From: Gemmatimonadota bacterium
GTDB lineage: Bacteria > JBHIER01 > G020348925
DNA: 64,000 nt
Direction: 5' to 3'
NCBI GenBank assembly: GCA_020348925.1
Contig: CP070758.1
Location: 4,293,688 to 4,357,687, forward strand
Shown here one piece after another: positions 29,878 to 40,470 of this stretch (position 1 is the first letter of the stretch; each line of letters opens with the position of its first letter). Below the pieces are notes generated by a model. The model saw nothing but the letters and a program-made list of their open reading frames with translations. It ran no database searches and was not told where the DNA came from. A program made the translations under genes and the position numbers.

Positions 29878-32349
29878 CTAAAACTCCTCTTCGCCTTCAA
29901 ACTCCGGCTGGTCGCGATCCCGCTCCCGTTCGGGTCTATAGTTGTTGATATTGTAACTGATATTCAGCATGAAAATCGGCGCCTCCCGGGTAAAATGGCT
30001 GTATTTGTAGAAGTCTTTCCCCTCGGAGACGGACTCATGTTTTCCTGTCTGAAGCAGGTCCCGGATCTGCAGTGTCGCCGCAAGGTTCTTTCCCATGAGA
30101 TCCTGCTTGAGAGCCAAATTTGTCATGAAAAAGCCTTTGCGCTCGCCCTGTGCAGATACGCTTTTGCTGTGGTACATCCCCGTGATCTGCACGCGTGTCG
30201 ATTTTCGTAAGGTGATTGTATGATTCAGGCGCGCATCCCAGTTGAAACTGTCCCGGGAAAAGGACTCATCGTTGAGCGTACCTTTAATCTCATAGCCGTA
30301 GATATTGGACATCAAGTTCATATTCCACCATTGCCGTAAATTGATATTGAACATGAACTCTGTCCCGAGAGCATAGTCTCTCCCCACATTTTGAATTGAA
30401 TGCAGAGTCACATTATCTTCGGCTGTATAACCGTCTTCCAGAAAAATGCTGCGGACCCGCTCGACCCTGTTGTTCGTCCTGCGGTAATACGTCTCGGCGG
30501 AAAGAAGGTTCTTTCCGAAAAAGATCTGGTAGCCCAGCTCATAGGAGTCGATATACTCGGGTTTCAGATCCGGATTTCCCTCCCGAACGTTATACGCGTC
30601 CATCCACGTCCTGAAAGGCTCCAGGTACCAGCCTCTGGGTCGATCGATGCGTCTCGTATAGCTGGCCATGAGCTGCTGACCCGCCGGCAGTTTGTAGGAG
30701 ACGTGCGCTGTCGGGAAATAGTCCCAGCGGTCGATGGTGAAGCTCGCATCCTCACCTGCGAGTTCAATCAAACGGTCGGTATACTCTCCGCGCAATCCCC
30801 ACTGATATCCGAAGCTCCTGTATTCTCCGGCAAACATGGTGTATATCGAGTGAATATCCCGGTCGTAATTGGTGGTGTGGCTGTAATCGTCCTGAATTTC
30901 ATACTCGCCCGAGTCAGGGTTGTAATCGTAGAGTTCGTTGGCCTCCTCGGAACTGCTGATCCGGCCCTGGTAGCCGGCCTCGAATCGGTCTTTCTCCCGC
31001 AAGGGGAGAACGTAATCGAGTTTCAGGCGTAACCGATGCGAAGGACCTTTTTCCGTCGAACGCTGGCCGCTGGTGATGGTTCTGTTCATGTCTCGCAGTT
31101 CATTGACCGTGTCGTCATTCCCATCCCTGCCGCTGTAGATGACCTGACCGGACAGTTCGTGGCCCTGTTGTGCAAACCGGTGCCGGTAATCCATGTTCAA
31201 TGAATAATACTCCCCGGAATGCTCCGATTCCTCCTGACTGATGTAGAGATTATGTTGGCCTCCGGGTTCGGTCCATTCGTCGTAATCCTGCCTGGAGTCC
31301 CCTCCCATCGAAAACTCGCCGTATCTGAAGCCGAAGGTCAGGTCATCGTGTGAACCGGGATAGAGTTCGACACCTCCCCGGACACCAAAAAATTCCCTTT
31401 GTCTTTCCCGGTTTCCACTTGATTCTATGTACGATGTCGTGTCCTGGAAAAAAGTTCGGTTCTCGACCTCGGAGTCGCCGGTGCTGAAGCGCTTGTTGTA
31501 ATTCGCGCCGAAGAGGAGGCCGTACTTTTTCCTCTTTAAGTTGAGCAGAAAATCTCCTCCGTACTTGTCACCGTGGCCGATATTGAGGTTGACAATGCCG
31601 CTGGCTCCCCGCAGCTCACTATCCTTCTTCATCACGATATTGATGATGCCCGTCGTGCCGTCGGGATCGTATTTGGCCGAAGGATTGGTGATGATCTCAA
31701 TATTTTCTATGGTGTTGGCCGGTATCTGCTGCAATGCATCGTTGGGTTCAAGAATTGTCGGACGGCCGTCGATGAGGACAGTGAAGTTGGAGCTGCCCCG
31801 GAGTTGGACATTGCCCTCGATATCGACGGTGACAGAGGGCACGTTTTCAAGGACGTCGACGGCTGTGCCTGATGTGGCAGTGTAATGTTGCTCCACATTG
31901 ACGACTTTTTTATCGATCTTATACTCCAGAGCCGGTTTTTCCGCTACGGCGTCAATACCTTCCATTTGAATGACAGCCTGTTTGAGAGGAATGGTGCCGA
32001 GATCAATCTCTCGCTTGTCCCGTCGAAGTTCAACATTATCTACTGAATGAGTATGATACCCCATGAATGAAATTTTCATGTAAAAGTTTCCGGGTCTTAT
32101 TCCGGCAAGTGTGAAATTGCCCTCCATATCTGTGATGGTTCCGGTAACCTGAGCGCTATCTCTTTGACTGTATATTAGGACATTGGCATACTCTATGGGC
32201 ACTTGGAGGGTTTCGTCGATCACATGTCCCTTGATGATCCCGCCCATCGTTCCTTCCGGGAAGCCCCTTCTTCTCTCCTGCGAGAGAACGTTACTTACCG
32301 TCATCAGGATCAAGACAGATAAAAGCACGAGTCTTCGGTTCATCAACAA
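29878..32349 (-). CDS. TonB-dependent receptor (carboxypeptidase-regulatory-like + plug + beta-barrel)
   Basis: Motifs IKGHVID...PIEYANV, LENVPSVTVD, IEIITNPSAKYD and GNPDLKPE, followed by barrel strands. Confidence 0.92.
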   Translation of the reverse strand: MLMNRRLVLLSVLILMTVSNVLSQERRRGFPEGTMGGIIKGHVIDETLQVPIEYANVLIYSQRDSAQVTGTITDMEGNFTLAGIRPGNFYMKISFMGYHTHSVDNVELRRDKREIDLGTIPLKQAVIQMEGIDAVAEKPALEYKIDKKVVNVEQHYTATSGTAVDVLENVPSVTVDIEGNVQLRGSSNFTVLIDGRPTILEPNDALQQIPANTIENIEIITNPSAKYDPDGTTGIINIVMKKDSELRGASGIVNLNIGHGDKYGGDFLLNLKRKKYGLLFGANYNKRFSTGDSEVENRTFFQDTTSYIESSGNRERQREFFGVRGGVELYPGSHDDLTFGFRYGEFSMGGDSRQDYDEWTEPGGQHNLYISQEESEHSGEYYSLNMDYRHRFAQQGHELSGQVIYSGRDGNDDTVNELRDMNRTITSGQRSTEKGPSHRLRLKLDYVLPLREKDRFEAGYQGRISSSEEANELYDYNPDSGEYEIQDDYSHTTNYDRDIHSIYTMFAGEYRSFGYQWGLRGEYTDRLIELAGEDASFTIDRWDYFPTAHVSYKLPAGQQLMASYTRRIDRPRGWYLEPFRTWMDAYNVREGNPDLKPEYIDSYELGYQIFFGKNLLSAETYYRRTNNRVERVRSIFLEDGYTAEDNVTLHSIQNVGRDYALGTEFMFNINLRQWWNMNLMSNIYGYEIKGTLNDESFSRDSFNWDARLNHTITLRKSTRVQITGMYHSKSVSAQGERKGFFMTNLALKQDLMGKNLAATLQIRDLLQTGKHESVSEGKDFYKYSHFTREAPIFMLNISYNINNYRPERERDRDQPEFEGEEEF

Positions 32350-32473
32350 GTCTCCTTCGGTCTGTGCATGATAATCAAGTTCACGCGTTGGTTGTGCTGG
32401 TATTTTATCTCCAATTTCATGGTACTAAAAAAATGGAGCGAAAAAATAAAGGAACGCACGAAGGTCGTGCAAC

Positions 32474-32493
32474 CATAAAATGACATAAAATGA
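32474..32493. promoter_or_regulatory. Perfect 10-bp tandem direct repeat upstream of the TonB receptor (response-regulator-type site)
   Basis: CATAAAATGA-CATAAAATGA, about 125 bp upstream of the start. Confidence 0.45.
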
Positions 32494-32786
32494 AAAATCA
32501 ATATCGCCGTTTAAAGGATGAGATGGAGAGGTTGTGCAAAACGGCTGGACCCCTTTTTTCAGGGCGATACCCTTATGAAATTTAGGTTCCTTCTGGCTGT
32601 GCCATCGCGATGTTTGTGCCTCCTTTCGTTTCGGCCATCGAAGGCTACTTTCGATACTGCTTTTCCATTACAAGTATGAACACCATTGCTTCAAAAAACT
32701 TGCGGTGTTTTTTGTCTTGTCAGGTGAACAAAATTTTCTTTCGACGTCAATGGTAGAGCGCAATAAGAATTTGACCAACAAACGGC

Positions 32787-32815
32787 TTGACACGAAGAAC
32801 CGAAAAACCTATTTT
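32787..32815 (+). promoter_or_regulatory. sigma70-like promoter for pdxB
   Basis: TTGACA-N17-TATTTT. Confidence 0.5.
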
Positions 32816-32974
32816 CACCAACCAGGAATAATTCTTATTTAAGTTGATACATGTGCTGTGATCCTTAGTTCTACTCTTTGAAGGAAATTTTTTTGGTAAA
32901 AATAGTGAGAGAACGGTTCTGAAAAAGTGTTGAAAAACAGCAGCATTCAAGGACGCTTCCGAAATTTAAGCCTT

Positions 32975-34177
32975 ATGACCACAGAAGAGCCATTGAGGAT
33001 CGTTGCGGACGAAAATATTCCCTATGCGGAGCAGGTCTTCGGCCGGATCGGGCGGGTTACGACTCTCTCAGGTCGGCACATTCGTCGCGGATCGATAAGG
33101 GATGCCGATATTCTGCTGGTGCGGTCGATAACCAGAGTGGATGGCGCTTTACTTGAGGGGAGTCCTGTTCAAATTGTGGGTACGGCCACAATAGGGCTGG
33201 ACCATATTGATGAGTATTACCTGAAAAGCCGGGGCATACGGCTCGCGAGCGCAGCAGGGAGTAACGCCAATTCTGTGGCAGAATACGTGAGTGCCGCCCT
33301 GCTCCATCTCTCCGGGAAAAGATCGTTCCGTTTAAAGGATACAACTCTGGGCGTAGTGGGTGTGGGCCATATCGGAGGCAGGGTCGTCACAATGGCGGAA
33401 GGATTGGGGATGAAGGTGCTGCAAAACGACCCTCCTCTGGCGAGACAGACCGAAGATTCAAAGTTTCTCCCCCTGGATGCTCTTATGGACGCCGACGTCA
33501 TTACCCTTCATGTTCCGCTCACTTTCCAGGGGCAGGATGCCACCCATCATCTCTTCGATGCGGACAGAATGTACAAAATGAAACGCGGAAGCATCCTGAT
33601 CAATACGTCGCGCGGCCCAGTGGTCTCCGGGAAGGGACTGAGGGCCGCTCTTGAGACAGACCATCTGGGGGGAGCTGTGTTGGACGTCTGGGAGAACGAG
33701 CCTGGGATCGATGTAGAATTGTTAAAATTGACAGACCTGGGAACGCACCACATCGCCGGCTACTCGCTGGACGGAAAGGTCAACGGGACCACGATGATAT
33801 ATAATGAGATCTGCGGCTTTTTGGGCCTGAAGAGACCGTGGCGTCCGGAAGACGTCATGCCGGAAGCCGAGGTCCCGCTTCTGAAAGTTCAGGTGTCCGG
33901 GGAGAATGATGAGGTTATTATCGCAAGCATCGTGCGGAGAATATATGACATAAAAAAGGATGATGAGGACTTGAGAAAAATTATGGCCATTCCGGAATCT
34001 TCGCGCGGCTCGTTTTTCGATAGATTACGAAGGGACTATCCCGTACGCCGGGAGTTTTTCAATACAGAGCTGAGGCTCCTGGGAGGAGGGAGGGAACTTC
34101 AGCGCAAGTTTGAAAAATTGGGCTTTCGGGTTGGGAACGGCTTTCAGGATAAGACAGGGTTTAACGAAAACTGTTGA
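32975..34177 (+). CDS. pdxB: 4-phosphoerythronate dehydrogenase
   Basis: Motifs IVADENIPY, LLVRSIT, GTATIGLDH, GSNANSVAEYV, LDVWENEP, HIAGYSLDGK and FDRLRRDYPVRREF. Confidence 0.93.
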   Translation: MTTEEPLRIVADENIPYAEQVFGRIGRVTTLSGRHIRRGSIRDADILLVRSITRVDGALLEGSPVQIVGTATIGLDHIDEYYLKSRGIRLASAAGSNANSVAEYVSAALLHLSGKRSFRLKDTTLGVVGVGHIGGRVVTMAEGLGMKVLQNDPPLARQTEDSKFLPLDALMDADVITLHVPLTFQGQDATHHLFDADRMYKMKRGSILINTSRGPVVSGKGLRAALETDHLGGAVLDVWENEPGIDVELLKLTDLGTHHIAGYSLDGKVNGTTMIYNEICGFLGLKRPWRPEDVMPEAEVPLLKVQVSGENDEVIIASIVRRIYDIKKDDEDLRKIMAIPESSRGSFFDRLRRDYPVRREFFNTELRLLGGGRELQRKFEKLGFRVGNGFQDKTGFNENC

Positions 34178-34307
34178 GGGCATTGGTATTCACATTTCGA
34201 AAATTCGTTTGTCCCCAATGATCGAAAAGTAGGACCCTTAGGATCGATAACACAAAAATTCGGATATGAGTATGGCAGCTTAAAATTATTTCTGTTACAG
34301 ATCCAAG

Positions 34308-34346
34308 AAAAAAGCCGCCCCAGCTTACGGACCGGGGCGGCTTTTT
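34308..34346. terminator. Bidirectional intrinsic terminator between convergent genes
   Basis: AAAAAAGCCGCCCC-loop-GGGGCGGCTTTTT. Confidence 0.85.
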
Positions 34347-34384
34347 ATAAGTGAACTGCCGTGCACTTGAGATAGAGAATAGGA

Positions 34385-36819
34385 CTACTTCATGAGAACC
34401 ATCTTCTTCGCAGCCGTGAAGTCACCCGTCTGAAGTTGGTAGAAGTATACGCCGCTGGCAACCTCATGACCGAAGCTGTCCCGCCCGTCCCACGTGACCG
34501 TGTAATATCCGGGCTCTCTCACATCATCCACCAACGTCCTCACCTCCTGCCCGAGAAGATTGAAAATCTTCAGGGATGTGTGGATGGGAGATCTACTTTC
34601 TGCTATCTGATATCTAATATCTGTGCGGGGATTGAAGGGATTGGGACAGTTCTGGGACAGATCCCACGTCTCAGGCAGCAAGCCGTGGGATTTGAGCCTG
34701 ATGGGCTGGATATCCACAGGAATGACCTGCGTACAAGTGGCCGCCAAAAGAGCTTCGACAAACTCCAGTCTTGCGCTCTGTACCGTCTGACCTGCCTTCA
34801 CGCTCATGAAGGGCACACTCACAAAAGGCTCAGCCCCTGTTCGCAGAGTTCTACCCTCAGTGCTGTATATCACGACGGCGAGTTCGCCATCCCGGGCTTT
34901 TGAAGCGACCCTCATCCCTGTCCATGCACCCCTGAGCTGCGGTGCGCCGGGGGTAAAGGCGTCCGCATCGTATTTCAGCTTGAGCTGGGCCCCTGCAATG
35001 GGCACGTCGGTTTTGGCGAAAATGGGCAGTTCGAAACCACGCTCTGTCTGGCCGGAGATCTCTCCGGCACCAAGGACCGCCGATGTGTGAACGGCCTTCC
35101 CGGTTCCTGCCGGCGGGCACGTGCCGATTCCGAGAATGACGTTAACGATACCCAACACGTCCAGCACGTTGATGACACCGTCTTTGTTGCAATCGGCCCG
35201 GCACTGGCCCATCTCATCGAGTGGTTGCGTCTCTAAAATATGGTTCACCACGGCGAGGGCGTCCAGGACGTTGATGGCGCCGTCCCCGTTGGCATCGCCT
35301 GTTTCCCACAGGCAGCAAGGGCCGAAACATCTGTAGACGACGTTGTCCAACGAGAGCGTATTGAGATACCAACCGCCTATGGTCAGAGTCGTGGCGATGG
35401 ACTCAGGCGGCACGTGGTGCTCCGGTGGAATGACGTAAGTCAGATCCCAGTCGCAGGGTGGAGCTGGGGTATCGTAGACGGAGCAGCAGATGGTGTCGGC
35501 GTGGACCTTGATGGCCACGTTCAGTTCGGTATCGGTCTGGATGAGCGGGTCGCTGACCACCAATTTGTTGTCCAGCCAATGCCTGAGATAAATTCCGGCA
35601 CCGAGGCTGCCCCGAGGGGCGAAGACCACGTAGTACCAGACACTCTGATCGAGTGATGTGCGGAGATACACATGCGGCATCTCGCTCATGAAGACGTTGT
35701 CGTTGGGCGTCATGTTCATGGTGAAGGAGAGATAGAAATCTGCCCCGGTGTATTTTTTATTCAGAGTGTCGCCCACAGTGAAGACCAAGTTAAAGGGTAT
35801 CGTGTTAATAGGATCTGGCACAGGGTCATACAGAATCAGACTCCCATCCTCTACCTTCGCTTTTCCTGCTACATATCCAAGGCCGTCCTCCCAAATCCAC
35901 CAGGGTGGATCCGCGGTGTAATCGCCGTCGCTGAAATCGTCGACCCACACAATATCCCCGGCCTCCTTATCGATGCCCTGTCGCGCCAGTTCGTTGCCGG
36001 GCGTGAAGTCGAGCGGTCTGGGGATTCCGAATTGGGACGAGCCGAAGTTGATCTTCATGGTTTCATCGTCGTTGATCAGCTCGTAGATGCTGGGCTGTGA
36101 TTCGCCCACGGCGAAGAAGGCCGGGCTGTTGCTCACCGCGATGCTGAGATCGATCTGAGCCGGTGAGGCCGCGGCGTCAACCGTGAAGGTTCCGCTGTGG
36201 GTGATGACACCTCCCTGGTAGATATTGTTGCCGCTGACCTCATACGTCCCGTCGCTATTCAACGTCAGGGAGTAGTCGGTCCAACCGGCCATGGAGAGAC
36301 TGCCCATTCCTGATCCCAAATTCCCCTGAGTCGCATCGGCCACCCAGGTGCACACGAGTTCATCCGGGATAGCTGCAACAGGCACCTCCTTGGCCAGTTC
36401 GTTGCCTGGGGTGAAGTCGGTCGGTCTGGGGACTCCGAATTGGGACGAGCCGAAGTTGATCTTCATGGTTTCATCGTCGTTGATCAGCTCATAGATGCTG
36501 GGCTGGGATTCGCCCACGGCGAAGAAGGCCGGGCTGTTGCTCTCTTCGATGTTGAGATCGATCTGGGCCGGCGAGGCCGTGGCGTCAACCGTGAACGTTC
36601 CGCTGTGGGAGATGACGCCACCCTGGTAGATGTTGTTACCGCTGACCTCGTACGTCCCGTCGCTATTCAACGTCAGGGAGTAGTCGGTCCAACCGGCCAT
36701 GGAGAGACTGCCCAATCCTGATCCCAAATTCCCCTGGGTCCCATCGGCCATCCAGGTTCCGATCAGCGCCTCGGGGATGGGCTGCGGTCCGACACCCTGT
36801 TTGGCCACTTCGTTGCCTG
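34385..36819 (-). CDS. Secreted protein (5' end lost in gap): >=2 TIGR03067-like repeats, beta-sandwich, dockerin, cohesin-like domain, CTD
   Basis: Repeats LIGTW...GTFTVDATASPAQIDL...SIYEL...PRPTDF. Dockerin GDANGDGAINVLD...ADCNKDGVINVLD. Cohesin-like FELPIFAKTDVPIAGAQLKLKYD. CTD QNCPNPFNP...ASGVYFYQL. Confidence 0.82.
35985..36819 (-). repeat. Near-identical intragenic tandem repeats (~408-411 bp period)
   Basis: For example CCGAATTGGGACGAGCCGAAGTTGATCTTCATGGTTTCATCGTCGTTGATCAGCTC recurs 408 bp apart. A third copy runs into the gap. Confidence 0.9.
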
Positions 36820-36919
36820 NNNNNNNNNNNNNNNNNNNNNNNNNNNNNNNNNNNNNNNNNNNNNNNNNNNNNNNNNNNNNNNNNNNNNNNNNNNNNNNNN
36901 NNNNNNNNNNNNNNNNNNN
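36820..36919. other. Assembly gap (100 N)
   Basis: Run of N. Confidence 1.
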
Positions 36920-37002
36920 TGACCCATGAGATTGAAGATTTCCAGCGTCGCATGAGCAGGTGAAAAAGAATCCGTTATTTCATATCTGACTATGGTTTTG
37001 GA
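36920..37002 (-). pseudogene. Fragment of a T9SS-A/FlgD-type CTD without an upstream gene
   Basis: KTIVRYEITDSFSPAHATLEIFNLMG aligns with RTDIRYQIAESRSPIHTSLKIFNLLG of the 34385 protein. Confidence 0.6.
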
Positions 37003-37578
37003 TGGGTATTCAAGCCTCTTCCAAAATCGGAGGAGGAGATACATGAGATCACGCGAATCATGAAACCTTCTCAAAAATTCCTCAAGGGACAGGCCAAGGA
37101 AGAATTTTTTAAACAGGATGCAGAAGAATTTGAAATAATCCACTTGGCTACTCATGGCATTCTTGAAGAAAAGCAGCCTCTCTATTCCCGGATCATCCTG
37201 GCCCAGGATGATGATCCGGCGGAGGATGGATTTTTACAGACCTTTGAAATTTTCAATATGGATCTGAAAGCCGATCTTGTGGTGCTGAGTGCGTGTGAGA
37301 CGGGTTTAGGGGAATTGAGCATGGGAGAAGGTTTGATCGGATTGACCCGGGCTTTTTTGTATGCAGGAGTGCAATCAGTGATCGTCAGCTTATGGAGTGT
37401 TGAGGAATCAACGTCTCAATTGATGAAACACTTCTATCAAAATTTAAAAGACGGGATGAACAAAACTGAAGCTCTGAGGCAGGCCAAAATCAAGCTCATT
37501 CATACGAGGGAAGAAGGTCTCTCATACGCCCATCCCTTCCTCTGGGCGCCCTTCGTGCTGGTGGGGGATTGGAAATAG
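37000..37578 (+). pseudogene. 5'-truncated CHAT (caspase-like) domain gene
   Basis: IIHLATHG and LVVLSACETG catalytic motifs, SLWSV, HPFLWAPFVLVG. Homology (FKPLPKSEEEI) extends upstream of ATG 37060 towards an in-frame TGA at 36961. No TPR region. Confidence 0.75.
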
Positions 37579-37651
37579 GGCCAGAAAAGAAAAGCCATAA
37601 AGGTTCTGACGGGCGCACAGGAAAACACCGGTCTATTTTACTCCTTGAATT

Positions 37652-38581
37652 CTATTCGGTAATAAACTCGTGTTCCGGCGTTTTAACGGAGAGAACCGGG
37701 CAGGGTGATTTTCGTACGACCTTTTCGGCGGTATTGCCCAAAAGAAAGTGATCGATAGCCCCCAAGCCTCGTGTGGCAATAACAATCAAATTCGCCTTCC
37801 TCTCCTCGGCAAAATCGACAATCTGAGTATGGGCTTTTCCCTCGGCTACGTTCTTGTCAAAGGTTAAACCGTCCACATCGAAATTTTTGATAAAATCCTC
37901 CATTGCCTCCATCGCTCTTGTCTTGATGTCGGGCATGAAGTCAAGGATTGATTTATCCCAGGTGGTGTAAAAGGCGGGGTGGATCCAACCCTCGATCACA
38001 TGAAGGAGATCAAGGTGGGCGTTATATAACTTCCCAAGAGTTACTGCATATCTCATCGCGTTCTTGCACGGATCGGAAAAGTCAACGGGAACCAGAATGC
38101 GCTCATAGACCATGGCGTCTGTATCCGCCCCGTGCTCAGGGCCGACGGTGAGAACCGGGCAGGGCGCCGAACGCACAACTTTTTCGGCCACACTGCCCAG
38201 CAGAAAATGGCTCACGGCCGTTCTGCCATGCGTGCCCATGATGATGAGATCGACCTCATTCTCCCGGGCGTATTCGATAATCTCCGTCGAAGGCGAGATG
38301 GCTCGAACGTTGACCTTTGTTACTTTTATCTTTCCTTTCGTCTCCTCATCGACACACCGGTCCATACGAGTTTCGGCAACGGCTTCCATCGAATCGTAGC
38401 ATTCGCAGAGATCCGGAAATCGATGGTCCGGATCATTGGGATCGTCCTCGTACATAATGAAGGCGTGCAACATAATGAGCTCACTGTTAAATTTCTGAGC
38501 CAGATACGTTGCATGACACAGGGCCTGATTGGCACACTCCGAAAAATCGGTCGGGAATAGGATTTTTTTTATCGTAATCAT
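37652..38581 (-). CDS. Tandem-domain universal stress protein
   Basis: Two Usp domains: KKILFPTDFS...MGTHGR...LGSVAEKVVR, and RILVPVDFS...LGNTAEKVVRKSPCPV. Confidence 0.95.
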   Translation of the reverse strand: MITIKKILFPTDFSECANQALCHATYLAQKFNSELIMLHAFIMYEDDPNDPDHRFPDLCECYDSMEAVAETRMDRCVDEETKGKIKVTKVNVRAISPSTEIIEYARENEVDLIIMGTHGRTAVSHFLLGSVAEKVVRSAPCPVLTVGPEHGADTDAMVYERILVPVDFSDPCKNAMRYAVTLGKLYNAHLDLLHVIEGWIHPAFYTTWDKSILDFMPDIKTRAMEAMEDFIKNFDVDGLTFDKNVAEGKAHTQIVDFAEERKANLIVIATRGLGAIDHFLLGNTAEKVVRKSPCPVLSVKTPEHEFITE

Positions 38582-38630
38582 AATGTGTTCCTCCGTTTTT
38601 CAATTGTCTCATGTGAATAAACTGTATTGT

Positions 38631-38742
38631 CAAGATTCAGGGATTCGAGGATTCAAGTGAATATCGAGTGAGGCGTGCAATTGTTCCTCCGCTCCCCTGC
38701 ACCCCCGCACCTCTGCACCTCTACTTGACCCATCGAATCCTT
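38631..38742. repeat. Short-period intergenic repeats (GGATTC and CCCTGCAC types) with loosely inverted ends
   Basis: AAGATTCAGGGATTCGAGGATTCAAG ... CCCCTGCACCCCCGCACCTCTGCACC ... CTTGACCCATCGAATCCTT. Confidence 0.5.
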
Positions 38743-38743
38743 A

Positions 38744-39979
38744 TTAAAACAGACTCATCTGAGTTTCCTCCGCTTCATCCGTTTCATCGAAAATGTGGAT
38801 CTCGCCGTAGACGCCGTCGTAGCCGGGAACGGCCTTGATGCGCTCCTGTCGTACTCTCATGATTCCTTCGAGCACCCGGTCCGGTGTTCCGTCGACCAGT
38901 TCATCCTGCGAAAGGTTAAGAAGAATATCAAACTCGGTTCCGAGGCGATCAATGAGCTTCGAGTAAAGATCCTCAACTGCTTTTGTCCCCACCCCTTTCT
39001 GCAGAGCGCCGGCAATAATCTCCTCTAAGGGGACAAGGTGCACTCCTGGGATCGCCCCCTCAGGGACAAATCCCTCCGGTCTGTCCGCCAGAGTTTCCAC
39101 TCTATGCATGACTCCGATAGTCAGTTTCCGCCCGCAAATAGGGCAGATGTCGTAGTTCTGTATGGATTCCCCCGGAGACAGTCGAACGTTGCATTTCCGG
39201 TGGCCGTCATAATGATACTTGCCCTCCTGGGGAAAGAATTCCACCGTAAACAGAAACCGCTCTTTGTCTTTATTCTTAATAGCCCTCATAATCTCGTAGT
39301 AATCAAGCTCTGTGTCAAAAACATTTGCCTCGCGGCCGATCCTTGAGGGCGAGTGGGAATCTGAGTTCGATATCAGGGCGAAGCGGTCGAGTTCACTCAG
39401 CCGCCAGTTCATGGCCGGATCGGATGACAGCCCGGTCTCGATAGCATAGATGTGTTCGGTTTCCTCCTCGAAGCATTCTTCGATTGAGTCGAAGCCTGCA
39501 TTGGCACCGAAGAGGGAGAACCATGGCGTCCAGGCGTGGGCCGGTACAACCATGCAATCGGACGAAATGTCCAGAATAATCTTCACGAGATCCTTGGCTG
39601 GGAGGGCGAGGTTGGGCCGGCCGTCGGAGGCCAGTTTTCCGAACCGGGCAAGCTCGCTATTGATTTTGTCAACAATCTCGAAGCTTGGGGCAAAGATGAT
39701 ATTGTGAATGCGTTTCCCTTTATGGTTCTTTCGAAAATTATTGCAGACCTCGGCGGAGAGTATGAAATGTGTTTCGCCGTGTTTGTAAAGACCGTTGCCG
39801 CAATCCTCAAGGTTTTCCTTAAGATCACGAAGCCACTCCGGGTGCGTAAAATCCGCAGTGCCCAATAACTGGATCCCCTTCATCCTCGCATATCGATCGA
39901 GATGAGGGATATCCATCTCCTGACTTGTGGCCCGGCTGTATTTCGAATGGATGTGGAAATCGGCTATAAACTGAGCCAT
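38744..39979 (-). CDS. Endonuclease Q family (PHP-domain) DNA repair protein
   Basis: Motifs ADFHIHSKYSRATS, GTADFTHP, PAHAWTPWFS, ETGLSSDP, SNSDSHS, GKYHYDGHRKC, CPICG and PGYDGVYG. Confidence 0.92.
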   Translation of the reverse strand: MAQFIADFHIHSKYSRATSQEMDIPHLDRYARMKGIQLLGTADFTHPEWLRDLKENLEDCGNGLYKHGETHFILSAEVCNNFRKNHKGKRIHNIIFAPSFEIVDKINSELARFGKLASDGRPNLALPAKDLVKIILDISSDCMVVPAHAWTPWFSLFGANAGFDSIEECFEEETEHIYAIETGLSSDPAMNWRLSELDRFALISNSDSHSPSRIGREANVFDTELDYYEIMRAIKNKDKERFLFTVEFFPQEGKYHYDGHRKCNVRLSPGESIQNYDICPICGRKLTIGVMHRVETLADRPEGFVPEGAIPGVHLVPLEEIIAGALQKGVGTKAVEDLYSKLIDRLGTEFDILLNLSQDELVDGTPDRVLEGIMRVRQERIKAVPGYDGVYGEIHIFDETDEAEETQMSLF

Positions 39980-40112
39980 CACTCTCTCCATTAAGACAAT
40001 TAGATCATATGAACGAGATCGCTTACAGTTTCAAACATACGATATTTGTCATGAAATATCAACAGGAAAATTTAAGTCTGGGGGGTAACGTGGAAGTATG
40101 CATCGGATCACT

Positions 40113-40277
40113 AATCCCCCAAAATCTCCCTTTGGAAAATGGGAACTATCTCCCTCCTTTTGTAAAGGAGGATTGGAGAGGATTTATTTACTATTATCAA
40201 AAGATAACCCTAAGATTCATACTCTTCTTTGACAGGCAAAAATTTCTCCCCTTTTCAAAGGGGAGCGAGAAGGGATT
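40113..40277. repeat. Cluster of CCCT(T)TT-N-AAAGG(G) short palindromes
   Basis: CTCCCTTTGGAAAATGGGA, CCTCCTTTTGTAAAGGAGG and CTCCCCTTTTCAAAGGGGAG. Confidence 0.5.
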
Positions 40278-40327
40278 CTTTATTCTTACCTAAATTGAGC
40301 GATTTTTGACAAACAATATGACTTAGA

Positions 40328-40438
40328 TGTCATTCTGAGCTCGATGTATCGGGCGAAGAATCTCTTGCCTTATGAGTGAGATTCTTCACTTCGCGTTGCG
40401 GAGCCTGTCCCGAACTTGATTCGGGGTTCAGAATGACA
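40328..40438. repeat. REP-like palindromic element (best-preserved copy)
   Basis: Perfect 11-bp terminal IR TGTCATTCTGA / TCAGAATGACA and inner GAAGAATCTC / GAGATTCTTC. Confidence 0.8.
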
Positions 40439-40470
40439 AATCGGTACTTCGGTCTGATAAATCGGTAAGC

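Noticed and set aside
32350-32900. Riboswitch upstream of the TonB receptor
   Set aside because: I could not see cobalamin or TPP consensus elements. An Rfam scan would be needed to exclude one formally.
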